Shown here piece by piece: positions 28,478 to 38,422 of a stretch of DNA of 64,000 nucleotides (the stretch's first letter is position 1; each line of letters starts with the position of its first letter). The position numbers and the translations under genes are program-made. This DNA comes from an uncultured Holophagales bacterium (GTDB lineage: Bacteria > Acidobacteriota > Thermoanaerobaculia > Multivoradales > UBA5704). The notes beneath the pieces were generated by a model. It was not told the DNA's origin. It was given only the letters and a program-made list of their open reading frames with translations, and searched no databases. The DNA is taken from assembly GCA_963842525.1 (NCBI GenBank), contig CAWJGT010000011.1, positions 96,001 through 160,000 of the forward strand, given 5' to 3'.

Positions 28478-30258
28478 GCGAGGCCCCGCGCCGCTGGCGG
28501 CTGGGGTTGCGCCGCGAGACGCTGATCCTGCTCCCGGCCGCGATCGTCCTGCTCGTCGTCATCTCGACGTTCACCCTCCTCGCCTACCGCAGCTCGATCA
28601 CCCGCCTGGTCGAGGCGCGGCAGGCCGAGGCGATGCGGCAGGCGCGGCAGGTTGCAGAGCGGCTCGCCCGCACGGGAGAAGACATTGGCGGCCTGCCCGC
28701 CGGGGCTCTCGCGGTCACCTTGCTCGACGCGGCGGGAGAGACGCTCGCCGCCGCCGGGGACGCTCCCGCCCAGCCGCTGGCACCTCTGCGCGGCCAGTCC
28801 GCCCGCCGGCCCGTGGGGATCGGCCCGGACGACCTGCTGCCGGACCGCGTGGCCGGGTTCGCCTCCTGGGACACCCTCCAGGGGCGCCGGACCGTCCGCG
28901 TGGACCTCGAAGCCGCCCTGCTCGGCGCGAGCCTGCGCTCGGTCAGGCTGCTCACCCTCGTCGTGGTCTCCGTGGACGGCGCCCTCGTGCTGTTGGTCCT
29001 CCTCTTCCTGCGCCACCTCCTGCGGCCTTGGGAGCTGATGCTGGAGCGCGCGCGGCAGCTCGGCGGCGGCGCCGCGGGGGACGACGAGGTCGACTTCCTC
29101 CTCTCCGCCTTCGAGCGCGCCCTGGGCGCCCTCTCCGCGCCGGAGCCCAGTGCCGAGAACGACTTCGCCGCGCTCGAAAGGACCCTCTCGTCGAGCCTGC
29201 AGAGCGGGCTTCTTCTGCTCGACCGCGAGGGCCGCGTGCTCGCCCTCAACGCGGTGGGCGCCCAGCTCCTGGGCCAGGAGATCCCCGAGCCCGGGAGACC
29301 GCTGCACGAGGCCCTGGCCGGCCAGCCGCAGCTCCTCGAGATCCTCACCGGCGCGGTCGCCGAGGAGCACGCGCCGCGCCGCCAGGAGTGCAACGTGCGC
29401 TCGGGCGGCGCGACCTTGACGCTCGGGCTCACGGTCCATCCGCTGCGCCGCGACGACGGCGAGATGCGCGGCTACCTCGTGCTCTTCGCCGACCTGACGG
29501 AGGTGCGGCGGCGCACCGAGGAGATCCGCCTGGCCGATCACCTCGCACGCCTGGGGGAGATGGCCGGCGGCATCGCCCACGAGCTGCGCAACAGCCTGGC
29601 CACCCTGCGCGGCTACCTGACCCTGATCGAGCGGCGTCCGGACGAGGGCTCGGTCGTCGACTACCTGTCCGAGATCCGGCACGAGGCCGACCACCTCGAA
29701 CGGGTGCTCGACGACTTCGTCTCGTTCGCGCGGCCGGGGACCACCCGCTTCCAGGAGGTCCCTCTCGCCCGCCTCGCGCGCCGCGTCGCCACCGATCCGG
29801 CCCTGGAGGGCTTCGCGGTCGAGGTCCTGGGCCCGCCCGGCGAGCTGTGCGTCCGCGGCGACTACCAGCTCCTCGAACGGGCGTTGCGCAATCTCCTGCG
29901 CAACGCGGCGCAGGCGGAACGCGCGGCCGGGCGCGAGGGTCCTGTCCTCCTGCGGATCGAGCGCGCGCAGGACGGCGTCGAGATCGCGGTCGAGGACCGT
30001 GGCGACGGCGTGCCGGCGCAGATCCGGGACCGTCTGTTCCACCCCTTCGCGACCGGCCGGCGCGGCGGCGTCGGCCTGGGGCTGGCCCTGACCCACCGCA
30101 TCGTCGTCCTGCACGGCGGGCGCATCCGCCTGGAGGACCGGCCGGACGGCGGCACCCGCGCCGTGCTCTCGCTGCCGGCCGACACGATCGTTACCGAAGG
30201 CCCCAACCCCGCGCGCCAGAACACCGCCGGCAGCCCGGCGAACGTTTCCCCCAACTGA
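28474..30258 (+). CDS. PAS-containing sensor histidine kinase, PilS-like
   Basis: Two TM segments; GIAHELRNSL H-box; NLLRNA, DRGDG and GVGLGL. Confidence 0.9.
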   Translation: MSEAPRRWRLGLRRETLILLPAAIVLLVVISTFTLLAYRSSITRLVEARQAEAMRQARQVAERLARTGEDIGGLPAGALAVTLLDAAGETLAAAGDAPAQPLAPLRGQSARRPVGIGPDDLLPDRVAGFASWDTLQGRRTVRVDLEAALLGASLRSVRLLTLVVVSVDGALVLLVLLFLRHLLRPWELMLERARQLGGGAAGDDEVDFLLSAFERALGALSAPEPSAENDFAALERTLSSSLQSGLLLLDREGRVLALNAVGAQLLGQEIPEPGRPLHEALAGQPQLLEILTGAVAEEHAPRRQECNVRSGGATLTLGLTVHPLRRDDGEMRGYLVLFADLTEVRRRTEEIRLADHLARLGEMAGGIAHELRNSLATLRGYLTLIERRPDEGSVVDYLSEIRHEADHLERVLDDFVSFARPGTTRFQEVPLARLARRVATDPALEGFAVEVLGPPGELCVRGDYQLLERALRNLLRNAAQAERAAGREGPVLLRIERAQDGVEIAVEDRGDGVPAQIRDRLFHPFATGRRGGVGLGLALTHRIVVLHGGRIRLEDRPDGGTRAVLSLPADTIVTEGPNPARQNTAGSPANVSPN

Positions 30259-30304
30259 TTGTCGGACAGAGCTTTAGGCGATTTTGGACGCGGCTTCGGA
30301 GGGG

Positions 30305-30320
30305 TGGCACTCCTCTTGCC
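30305..30320 (+). promoter_or_regulatory. Sigma-54 promoter of the minor pilin operon
   Basis: TGGCACTCCTCTTGCC (GG-N10-GC). Confidence 0.7.
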
Positions 30321-30336
30321 TTCCAAGGAGACGCAT

Positions 30337-30906
30337 ATGACTATGAAAGAGATCCGACGCATGTCGCGAGGCAGTGCGGGGTTCACCATGATCGAGGTCC
30401 TGGTCGCCGTGGCGATCATGGCGGTCCTGACGTTGATCGGCGGTGCCGAGCTGTTCCGGCAGATCGAGAGACGGAAGCTCATGGACAACGCCCAGCAGGC
30501 CTCGATGCTGCTGCGGCTGGCGCGCCTCGACGCGGTGAAGACCTCCTCCTCCGGAGTCGTCCAGGTCCAGCTCGATCCCGTGTTCAACAGGCACCTCGTC
30601 CTGCTCAGCTTCTCGGACCGCGACCGCGACGGGGTTCACGATGCCGGCGAGAAGCAGCTCGGGTATTTCCAGATCACCAAGGGGATCTCCGTCAGCACCG
30701 TCGGATTCGCCGGCGACCAGGCGATCTACGGGAGCGATGGATCGATGCAGACGATCGGGGCCTTCCGGTTCAAGAACGCACGCGACGAAGAGGTGGAGGT
30801 CGCGGTCCCGGCGAGCACCGGAGTGAAGGTCGTGCTGCGGAAAAAGGTCGGCCCCGACGACTACCGCGAGCAGGGTGAAGGCGGCGTCTCCTGGACCTGG
30901 AAATGA
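30337..30906 (+). CDS. FimT/FimU/GspH-like minor pilin
   Basis: AG|FTMIEVLVAVAIMAVL; LRLARLDAVK. Confidence 0.85.
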   Translation: MTMKEIRRMSRGSAGFTMIEVLVAVAIMAVLTLIGGAELFRQIERRKLMDNAQQASMLLRLARLDAVKTSSSGVVQVQLDPVFNRHLVLLSFSDRDRDGVHDAGEKQLGYFQITKGISVSTVGFAGDQAIYGSDGSMQTIGAFRFKNARDEEVEVAVPASTGVKVVLRKKVGPDDYREQGEGGVSWTWK

Positions 30907-31526
30907 GGTGGAGCATGGATTCGACGAGGAGGGATGAATCGATGAGGAGGGTGCCACGGGCTGAGTGTTCGGTGAGCGCGGCGGGCGCGGCGGGCGAAGC
31001 CGGATTCTCGTTGATCGAGGCGCTGATCGCCGCCGCCATCCTGCTGATCATCGCCATGGGCATGGTCCCGCTGTTCAAGCGGTCGATCGACAACAACGCG
31101 CTGGGCAGCGACTACACCCAGGCGACGTCCTACGCGAAGACCAACATCGAGGACCTGCTGGAGGTCCCGTTCGAGAGCAACGACATGGTGCTGCCCAACG
31201 GCGCCGGCAGCCTCACGAACGTCCGCTTCCTGCAGAAGGGGATCCAGACCGGCGCGCCCACCCGCTGGCAGGACTGGGTGGACACGGCGGTCACCACCAG
31301 GCCGGTCATCTGGACCCGGACGACGCAGGTGCGCCAGTTCGGCGTCGCTGCGTACGACGACGGGATCCTGGACGACGCGGAAGCCCTGCCCGGAGGCACG
31401 GACGAGTCCTTCGTGCAGATCCAGGAGATCTCGTCCGTCCTGGACAGCGGCAAGGCGGTGGCTGGCCGGCGCGGCGGGGCGTCCGCCGTGGGGCGGATGA
31501 CCTTCCAGTTGATGAAGCCCTTCTGA
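30903..31526 (+). CDS. PilV-like minor pilin
   Basis: AG|FSLIEALIAAAILLII; second gene of the operon. Confidence 0.8.
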   Translation: MRWSMDSTRRDESMRRVPRAECSVSAAGAAGEAGFSLIEALIAAAILLIIAMGMVPLFKRSIDNNALGSDYTQATSYAKTNIEDLLEVPFESNDMVLPNGAGSLTNVRFLQKGIQTGAPTRWQDWVDTAVTTRPVIWTRTTQVRQFGVAAYDDGILDDAEALPGGTDESFVQIQEISSVLDSGKAVAGRRGGASAVGRMTFQLMKPF

Positions 31527-31547
31527 GGGAGAAGGAAGGAGAAGGAA

Positions 31548-32870
31548 ATGCCTGATCTCCGGTCTCGCAGCTCGCAGGCGGGCTTCACGATGGTCGAGCT
31601 CATCGTTGCCCTGCTGGTGGTCGTCCAGGTCCTCGTCGCCGTCCTGGTGCTGTTCGACTTCGTCAACAAGATCTCCCGTGTCCAGACCAACGTCTCGGAC
31701 ATGCAGCAGTCGCTCCGCACGGCGCAGTCGGAGATGGAGCGCGTCATCCGCATGGCGGGCCGCGGGGGCATCCCGATGTCCACGGCCCTGCCGCTGGGCA
31801 ACGCCCTCTGGGTGGTCGACAACGTGGCCGCCAACGCGCGGATCGCCGGCGCGACCTCTCCGCAGGTCGTCGCCGGCTCCGACGTCCTGGTCGTGCGCGG
31901 CGTCTTCGCGAGCCCGATGTACCAGATCAACTCCCTCGGCATGGGGGTCTTCACCCTTAAGGATGCGGCCAACAATCCGACCCTGGATCCGGCGCAGGCC
32001 TTCACCGGCACGATCATGATCGGTGCCGTCTCCCCGACCAGCATCACCCAGAGCCTGAAGACGCTCGACGATGCGGTGACGAACGGGGTCCACGAGGCGC
32101 TCGTCCTGATGAGCGCCCGCAACCGCGACGTCTTCGCGGTGGTGGAGCTCATCCCCGAGACGTCGAATGTCGACCTGGCCAACCAGGCGCAGATCAATTT
32201 CCGCATCCAGGGCAGCGTCACCGCCGACAGCTTCCGGCAGCTCTCCTCGGGCGGCACCTTTCCGGCGACGCTGACGAGCGTCGGCTTCGTGGGCGTCCTC
32301 GAGGAGCACCGCTTCTATGTCCGCAGGACCCTCGCCGGTGCGGAGGTCGCGCCGATCCTGACGCGCGCCCGCGTCCTGCCGAACACCCAGGTGGCGTACG
32401 GTCCCCTCGGCGACGCGGCCAATGACGCCAACCTGGAGATCGACCTGGCGGACAACATCCTGGACCTCCAGGTGGCGCTCGGCCTGGACACGATCAACCA
32501 CGTGCCGCGCCCGCGGCCGGCCGGCGCTCCGGCCGAGCCGGCCGGGCTGACCTCGATCGATGCCGACCCGATCAACGGTTACATCTCCGAGGCGACCGAC
32601 GGCGTGAACGACGACTGGCTGTTCAACAGCACGGTCGACAACCCGGTGAACCCGGTCTGGACCGGGGCGCGCCTCTGCTATGTGCGCCTGAACCTCCTCG
32701 CTCGCACCGACCGCCGGGACCCTGGGTACCAGGCGCCCGTCCTCAGCCAGATCGAGGATCGGACCTATGCGGTCAACGACCCCTTGAACCTCGCCCAATC
32801 CGCCGGCGGCATAGACCGCATGTTCCGCCGGCGCATCCTGCAGACGATCATCAACGTGAGGAACCTGTGA
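31548..32870 (+). CDS. PilW-like minor pilin
   Basis: AG|FTMVELIVAL, IRMAG, C-terminal RRILQTIINVRNL. Confidence 0.85.
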   Translation: MPDLRSRSSQAGFTMVELIVALLVVVQVLVAVLVLFDFVNKISRVQTNVSDMQQSLRTAQSEMERVIRMAGRGGIPMSTALPLGNALWVVDNVAANARIAGATSPQVVAGSDVLVVRGVFASPMYQINSLGMGVFTLKDAANNPTLDPAQAFTGTIMIGAVSPTSITQSLKTLDDAVTNGVHEALVLMSARNRDVFAVVELIPETSNVDLANQAQINFRIQGSVTADSFRQLSSGGTFPATLTSVGFVGVLEEHRFYVRRTLAGAEVAPILTRARVLPNTQVAYGPLGDAANDANLEIDLADNILDLQVALGLDTINHVPRPRPAGAPAEPAGLTSIDADPINGYISEATDGVNDDWLFNSTVDNPVNPVWTGARLCYVRLNLLARTDRRDPGYQAPVLSQIEDRTYAVNDPLNLAQSAGGIDRMFRRRILQTIINVRNL

Positions 32871-33427
32871 TGAGCATGCAACGCGACCCACGGCGTGGAG
32901 AGCGGGGGAGCGCCTACGTTGCCGCCCTGCTGGTTCTCGTGGTGCTGTCGATCGTCGGTCTGTCCCTGGTGATGATCACCGAGACGGAGATGCGGATCGG
33001 GTCCAACGAGCGCACGATCAACCGGACGTTCTATGCCGTCGAGTCCGGGCTCGGCGTCGCCGCGGCCAGGGTCCTGACCACCCGCGCCTACAAGCCTTTC
33101 GCCTATATCCAGGACGAGGTGCGGGTGGGCAACCAGCGGGTCGCCGACCTGGTCGACGTCACGCTCATGGTGCCGATCTCCATCGAGCCCTGCGACTGGT
33201 GCCCGCGCAACGACGACGGGGTGCCCAAATTCTACAAGATCAATCACGCGGTGACGGCGAAGGCGCGCCGGGTCAATTGGAACGGCGCCGGCATGCCGCC
33301 CTCGGATGCGGAGGTGTGGGCGCAACGCGAGGTCACCGTGATGTTCGAGTTTCAGCCTTTCGACAGTCCGGGGAAAGAGGCGCCGGACATCTTTGATCCC
33401 GCCCAACTGGCGCAGATCAAGTTCTGA
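32867..33427 (+). CDS. PilX-like minor pilin
   Basis: ERGSAYVAALLVLVVL (no Glu5); FYAVESG. Confidence 0.85.
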   Translation: MMSMQRDPRRGERGSAYVAALLVLVVLSIVGLSLVMITETEMRIGSNERTINRTFYAVESGLGVAAARVLTTRAYKPFAYIQDEVRVGNQRVADLVDVTLMVPISIEPCDWCPRNDDGVPKFYKINHAVTAKARRVNWNGAGMPPSDAEVWAQREVTVMFEFQPFDSPGKEAPDIFDPAQLAQIKF

Positions 33428-33460
33428 TTCGGATCCGCGAGATCCGTTAGGGAGAGCGCT

Positions 33461-36400
33461 ATGACTTCCGTCCATCCGAGGTCCCGATCCCGCTGTCGCG
33501 CCATGACGGCGCTCCTGGGAGCTGTGCTGCTGCTGACGCTGTCCATTCCGCGTCCGGCCGCGACCGACGACCGCGACCTGCTGCGGGACTCGACGGGCGA
33601 GCCCTATGTGTTCATCGTCCTCGATACCTCCGGCTCGATGAACTGGACCCCCAAGTGTACCCAGGCGCAGCTCGACGCCGGGGACTGCACGACGCTCTGC
33701 CCCACCGGCGACTGCTACGCGCGCCTCCAGGCCGACGACCCTTCGTCGAAGTTCTACCAGGCCAAGGAGGCCCTCTACGAGGTGCTCAAGGACGTCGACG
33801 ACATCCAGTTCGGATTCGCCACCTACAACCAGGACGACCTGACGGCCTGGTCCAAGCACTGGATCTACAAGGCCGGGGCCGGCGGCGTCACGCTGGCCGG
33901 CGGCCGGGTGTTCCCGGCACCCGGGGACGACGACGTCTTCGGCCGGACGTGGAATTGCGACACCGGCGGCGGCGACCACAACATCGGTTGCTACGAAGAC
34001 GACGCCGCCGACCTCAACGACACCTGGGAGCGCACCCGCGTTCAGCGGCTCCCCAAGGGGGGAACCTCCTTCAACCAGGACGTCACCTTCTACGTCGCCT
34101 CCGGAGGCAGCAGGTACAGGGTGCGCTATCGGCCCACCGGATCGAACCTCCCGGGCGCCGCGACGATCCAGGTGAGGGTGCGCGTCGACCGTTGCACCAA
34201 CAGCGATTGCTCCAGCACTTCGAACGTCGGCGAGCCGACGATCACCTACAACCTGGGCTTCACGAACGGTCTGCCGGACGAGTTCCTGTCGTGGGACAAC
34301 GCGGGCAACGCTCCGAACCGCACCTCCACGAATCAGAATCCCACCATCTCCTACTTTCCCCAGGTCGACGGCAGCGGCAACCCGCTCTCCGCCGATCCGA
34401 CCTCGAACAACACCTGCGCCGGTTGGGATCCGAACACCGGGGATCCCAGCGGCGCCAGTCCGACCGGGGCGAGCGATGACGACACGGGCCCCGACACGAC
34501 GCTCCGTTTCCCGGACGGCTCCGCGGACAGCCGGGGCTGGTGGTTCAGGACGGGGGACAGGATTCCCCTGGACTGGCAGGTCGACCACAAGACGGACATC
34601 CTGCGCCGCCTCGCGCCCAACCAGATCGCGGACTCCAGCGCGGCTCCCGACTTCCGGATCGCGCCCTACCTCCGAGACGTCCCGGCCGTCGGCGACTCCT
34701 CTCTGCTCCTCGAGGCCAACAACATCCGTCCGCTGTTCGCCGCGGGCTCGACGCCGCTCGGCTTCTCCGTCAAGTCGTTCCGTACCTGGTACGCCGGCTG
34801 CTCCGCGGGCAACTGCCCCAAGAACACCGGCTGGAAGCACGTCGCGTCGGCCCAGGACCCCGAATGGGGGTGCCGCAAGAAGTACCTGCTCGTGATCACC
34901 GACGGCGACGACACCTGCCCGGGCGCGGATCCGTGCTCCGGCACGGCCGGTCTTCGCGCCCAGGAGGCGATCCAGACCTACGTCGTCGCGTTCGGCGTCG
35001 AGAACACCTCCGGCAACAAGCTCAACTGCATGGCCGCCAACGGCGGCACCGGCGACCCCATCTATCCGCAGAACAAGCAGGACCTGATCAACGCGCTGAC
35101 CAGCATCTTCGCCCAGATCCGTGAGCAGACGAGCTCCTTCGCGTCCGCCGCCGTGCCGACGGTGCAGACCGAGGTCGCGGACAAGGTCTACATCTCCAAC
35201 TTCACCCCGTTGAACGGCGAGCCGACCTGGGATGGGCACGTCGACGCGTTCCTCAAGCCGCTGCCGCTGACGACGGCCGGCCTTCCCGACCGCAGCCGGA
35301 CCTGTCCGGCCGTCGGCTCGGTGGCCAATCCGCGCAGCGCCTGCCATCTCTGGGATGCCGGCACGAGGATCGAGTCGCAGGCGCCGTTGTGGGACGACAT
35401 CGACACCGTCGTCGCGCCGACGCGGTCCGAGCTGAAGCTCGGCACCAACAGCCTCACCAACGAGCGGCGTGTGTTCCACGGCATGGCGCGCAACGGCGCC
35501 ACGGTGCCTACGGACCTGCGCCTGTTCAACCTGCCGGGGAGCGTGCCGGACTGGCAGGACTTCCTGGACGGCTTCAAGCTGCCGCGCTCGACGGCGCCGG
35601 TGGAAGCCGCCTCCAAGCTGCGGGCGTCCGAGATCGTCAGGCGGACCCTCGCGATCAAGAGCTCGACGATCCAGAACGGCACCGCCCCCCCGATCCCGGT
35701 CGACTGGGTGCTGGGAGACACCTTCCACGCCGACCCGACCGTGTTCGATCAACCGGCCGACTTCGGGCGCTTCGCGCAGGACCTGTTCACGAACGGGCAG
35801 CCTTGCGGCGAGGTCAGCGCGACGAAGCTTCCCCGCAACCCCGGGTATCGCTGCTTCTCTCTCAAGCACCAATTGAGGCGCAAAATGATCGCCGTCTCCT
35901 CGAACGACGGCCAGGCCCACTTCTTCGACGCCGGCACCTGGCGGACATCCGACAAGAAGTTTACGGACGGCACCGGACAGGAGCTGTTCTCGTTCATGCC
36001 GCGGAGCGTGCTGCCCATCCTCCGTTACCAGTTCAACCCGGCCGATCCGCACAGCAAGCACGTGTTCGGGCTCGACAGCACACCCCGTATCGACGAAGCC
36101 TTCATCGACCCGCAGAACACCGGGATCGCTGCCACCTCGACCGACCCTCCCAGGGCCGCGGAGCGGGAATGGCGGACCGTGGTGATCGGCGGCCTGCGGG
36201 AAGGGGGCTCTCCGTTCGGGGGCAGCCGTCTCACCGACGTCGTGAGCGGCTACTACGCGCTCGACATCACCCAGCCGGACGTCCTCGACGCGCAGAACAA
36301 GCCGACTCCCGAGCCGTCCTCGTTCTTCAGCGGCACCCTGCCGAGCTGTCTCACCGTGGGCAACACGGCCGTCGCGACGCTGAACGGCTGCGGCCGCCTC

Positions 36401-37657
36401 CCCTTCCCCACGCTCCTCTGGGAGTTCAACGACACGCTCCTGACCTCGCGCCTGGACGAGGACCGCAACGGCAGCGCCGATCTCGGCCAGACCTGGTCGG
36501 TTCCGACCGTAGGCCGGATCCGCATCAAGAACACCGCGGGGACGGTCGAAGACAAGTTCGTCGCCATCTTCGGCGGCGGCATGGACGCCGAGAACAAGTC
36601 GGCGCCGCGCAGCGGCAACTATCTCTACATGGTGGACATCGAGACCGGCCAGGTGATCTACAAGCGGTCGATCACGGGAGCCACGCCCGCCGAGCCGGGG
36701 GTCATCGACAACGACAACGACGGCGTCCTCGACACCATCTACATCGGCACCACAACGGGCTTCGTCTACAAGGTCGATATGAGACAGCCGGCGCCGCTTG
36801 AGGCGGTGACGCTGACCACGAACCAGGGGATCCCCGCCTTCGCGGCCAATCAGACCGTCCTCCGCGTGGTGGACGAGACGGGCAACTCCTGGGCGCCCTT
36901 CCCGGTCTTCGACACCGGCGGCAAGCCGATCTACTTCGCACCCACCGTGGTCTTCGTGTCGAAGCTCGATCGCAACGCTCTCGCCTTCGGCGCCGGCGAC
37001 CGCGAGGACCTGTGGAACCTCTCCGGCCAGGAAGGCCGCTTCTACCTGGTTGTCGACGAGGGCTTCCAGGCTTCCCAGGTGGGATCGAGCCTGCCGCGGA
37101 ACGAGAGCCAGTACACCCAGCTCACACCCACCACCGCGCCGACCTCCAACGACTTCGTCCTTGCGCCGCTGGCCGGCAAGAGCCGCGGTTGGTTCCTGCG
37201 CCTCGAGCCGAACGAGAGGGTGATCACCTCGGCCTTCGCCCTGGGCGGCCTCGTCATCTTCTCGACCTACGAGCCCGACGCCACCTCGGTCACGACTGGG
37301 CCCGGCGGCCCGGTCTGCGGCCGCACCGGGACCAGCCGCGCCTACACCATCCTGGCCGGCAATGCCAATCCGTTGCTGACCGACGACCACCGGTTCCAGG
37401 AGGTGCCCGTCGTCACCTCGCCGCCGACCGTGGACCGGGGACAGACCAAGAACCAGGCCAGCTCGGCTTCGAGCCTTGAGGATCTGACCGCCGAGCAGGT
37501 CGAGATCATGGAGAAGCTCAAAGACCTCTTCCCAAAGGGCACCAAGTTCGGCAACTATTATTGGAACGTCTACTCGATGGGATCGGACACCCGCGTGGTC
37601 GGCATCGCGGCCATCCCGATCGGCATCATGGAGCAGAACTGGAAGGACATCAACTGA
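33461..37657 (+). CDS. PilY1/PilC-like pilus tip adhesin
   Basis: Signal peptide; vWA-like DTSGSM and ITDG; WDGHV, LGDTFHADP, DLGQTWSVP; Ca-binding DNDNDGVLD. Confidence 0.9.
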   Translation: MTSVHPRSRSRCRAMTALLGAVLLLTLSIPRPAATDDRDLLRDSTGEPYVFIVLDTSGSMNWTPKCTQAQLDAGDCTTLCPTGDCYARLQADDPSSKFYQAKEALYEVLKDVDDIQFGFATYNQDDLTAWSKHWIYKAGAGGVTLAGGRVFPAPGDDDVFGRTWNCDTGGGDHNIGCYEDDAADLNDTWERTRVQRLPKGGTSFNQDVTFYVASGGSRYRVRYRPTGSNLPGAATIQVRVRVDRCTNSDCSSTSNVGEPTITYNLGFTNGLPDEFLSWDNAGNAPNRTSTNQNPTISYFPQVDGSGNPLSADPTSNNTCAGWDPNTGDPSGASPTGASDDDTGPDTTLRFPDGSADSRGWWFRTGDRIPLDWQVDHKTDILRRLAPNQIADSSAAPDFRIAPYLRDVPAVGDSSLLLEANNIRPLFAAGSTPLGFSVKSFRTWYAGCSAGNCPKNTGWKHVASAQDPEWGCRKKYLLVITDGDDTCPGADPCSGTAGLRAQEAIQTYVVAFGVENTSGNKLNCMAANGGTGDPIYPQNKQDLINALTSIFAQIREQTSSFASAAVPTVQTEVADKVYISNFTPLNGEPTWDGHVDAFLKPLPLTTAGLPDRSRTCPAVGSVANPRSACHLWDAGTRIESQAPLWDDIDTVVAPTRSELKLGTNSLTNERRVFHGMARNGATVPTDLRLFNLPGSVPDWQDFLDGFKLPRSTAPVEAASKLRASEIVRRTLAIKSSTIQNGTAPPIPVDWVLGDTFHADPTVFDQPADFGRFAQDLFTNGQPCGEVSATKLPRNPGYRCFSLKHQLRRKMIAVSSNDGQAHFFDAGTWRTSDKKFTDGTGQELFSFMPRSVLPILRYQFNPADPHSKHVFGLDSTPRIDEAFIDPQNTGIAATSTDPPRAAEREWRTVVIGGLREGGSPFGGSRLTDVVSGYYALDITQPDVLDAQNKPTPEPSSFFSGTLPSCLTVGNTAVATLNGCGRLPFPTLLWEFNDTLLTSRLDEDRNGSADLGQTWSVPTVGRIRIKNTAGTVEDKFVAIFGGGMDAENKSAPRSGNYLYMVDIETGQVIYKRSITGATPAEPGVIDNDNDGVLDTIYIGTTTGFVYKVDMRQPAPLEAVTLTTNQGIPAFAANQTVLRVVDETGNSWAPFPVFDTGGKPIYFAPTVVFVSKLDRNALAFGAGDREDLWNLSGQEGRFYLVVDEGFQASQVGSSLPRNESQYTQLTPTTAPTSNDFVLAPLAGKSRGWFLRLEPNERVITSAFALGGLVIFSTYEPDATSVTTGPGGPVCGRTGTSRAYTILAGNANPLLTDDHRFQEVPVVTSPPTVDRGQTKNQASSASSLEDLTAEQVEIMEKLKDLFPKGTKFGNYYWNVYSMGSDTRVVGIAAIPIGIMEQNWKDIN

Positions 37658-38406
37658 TGACGAAGTCGAAGCAAGCCTCCTCCCGCAGGAGGGCCGCCGT
37701 CTGGACGGCCCTCCTCCTCGCCGCGGTCGCCCTCCCGGCCGGCGCGGACTGGCTGGTCCTGCGGACCGGGGAACGCGCGGAGACCAAGGGGCCCTGGAAG
37801 GTGAAGGGCAAGCTCGTGGTCTTCACCTCGCCCAAGGGGACGCTCGCGAGCCTCCGCCTGGCGGACGTCGACCTCGCGGCGAGCGAGCGCGCCACGGCCG
37901 ATGCCAAGGCGCAGGCCGAGAAGCCGCCGGAGCCTCCACCGCCGCCGCCGCGGAGAGAGTCGGTCCGCACCTTGACGGACGCCGATTTCGCCAGCAAGAC
38001 ACCGCCGCCCAGCCAGGAGGGCGGCGGCACCGGCGAAGCGAAGGACGACGGCAAGAAGGACGAGGAGAAGAAGGACAAGGGCGCGGTGTCGGTGAGCTCT
38101 TGGAACCAGATGAGCCGCACCGAAGGCGACGGTCTCGACCTGGTCGGCGCCTTGCGCAACAACGGCAACCTGCTCGTCTCCGACCTGACCCTGACCGTGA
38201 AGGTCTACGACGACGAAGGGACTTTGTTGAAGACGGTCGACGGGGTCCTCGCCTCGACGACCCTGCCGCCGGACGGCACGACCAGCTTCCGGGTGCCGCT
38301 GCCCGGTGTGTTCACTTTTGCCAGGGCCACGTTCGAGACCCGGAACTCCACGGTGACCATGGATCCGGTTTCGGAGCAGGAAAACGCCGAGGCTCCTCCG
38401 CTGTAA
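37657..38406 (+). CDS. Secreted protein with C-terminal FxLYD-like domain
   Basis: Signal peptide, Pro-rich linker, LVGALRNNG...VKVYDDEG...LPPDGTTSF. Confidence 0.7.
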   Translation: MTKSKQASSRRRAAVWTALLLAAVALPAGADWLVLRTGERAETKGPWKVKGKLVVFTSPKGTLASLRLADVDLAASERATADAKAQAEKPPEPPPPPPRRESVRTLTDADFASKTPPPSQEGGGTGEAKDDGKKDEEKKDKGAVSVSSWNQMSRTEGDGLDLVGALRNNGNLLVSDLTLTVKVYDDEGTLLKTVDGVLASTTLPPDGTTSFRVPLPGVFTFARATFETRNSTVTMDPVSEQENAEAPPL

Positions 38407-38422
38407 GCGGTAAAAGCGGGAG

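Noticed and set aside
32765-37390. 1541-aa antisense ORF and other long shadow ORFs (e.g. 1667..4483, 5788..8712, 48744..50444)
   Set aside because: They lie opposite well-supported genes, are expected in high-GC DNA, and have no motifs.
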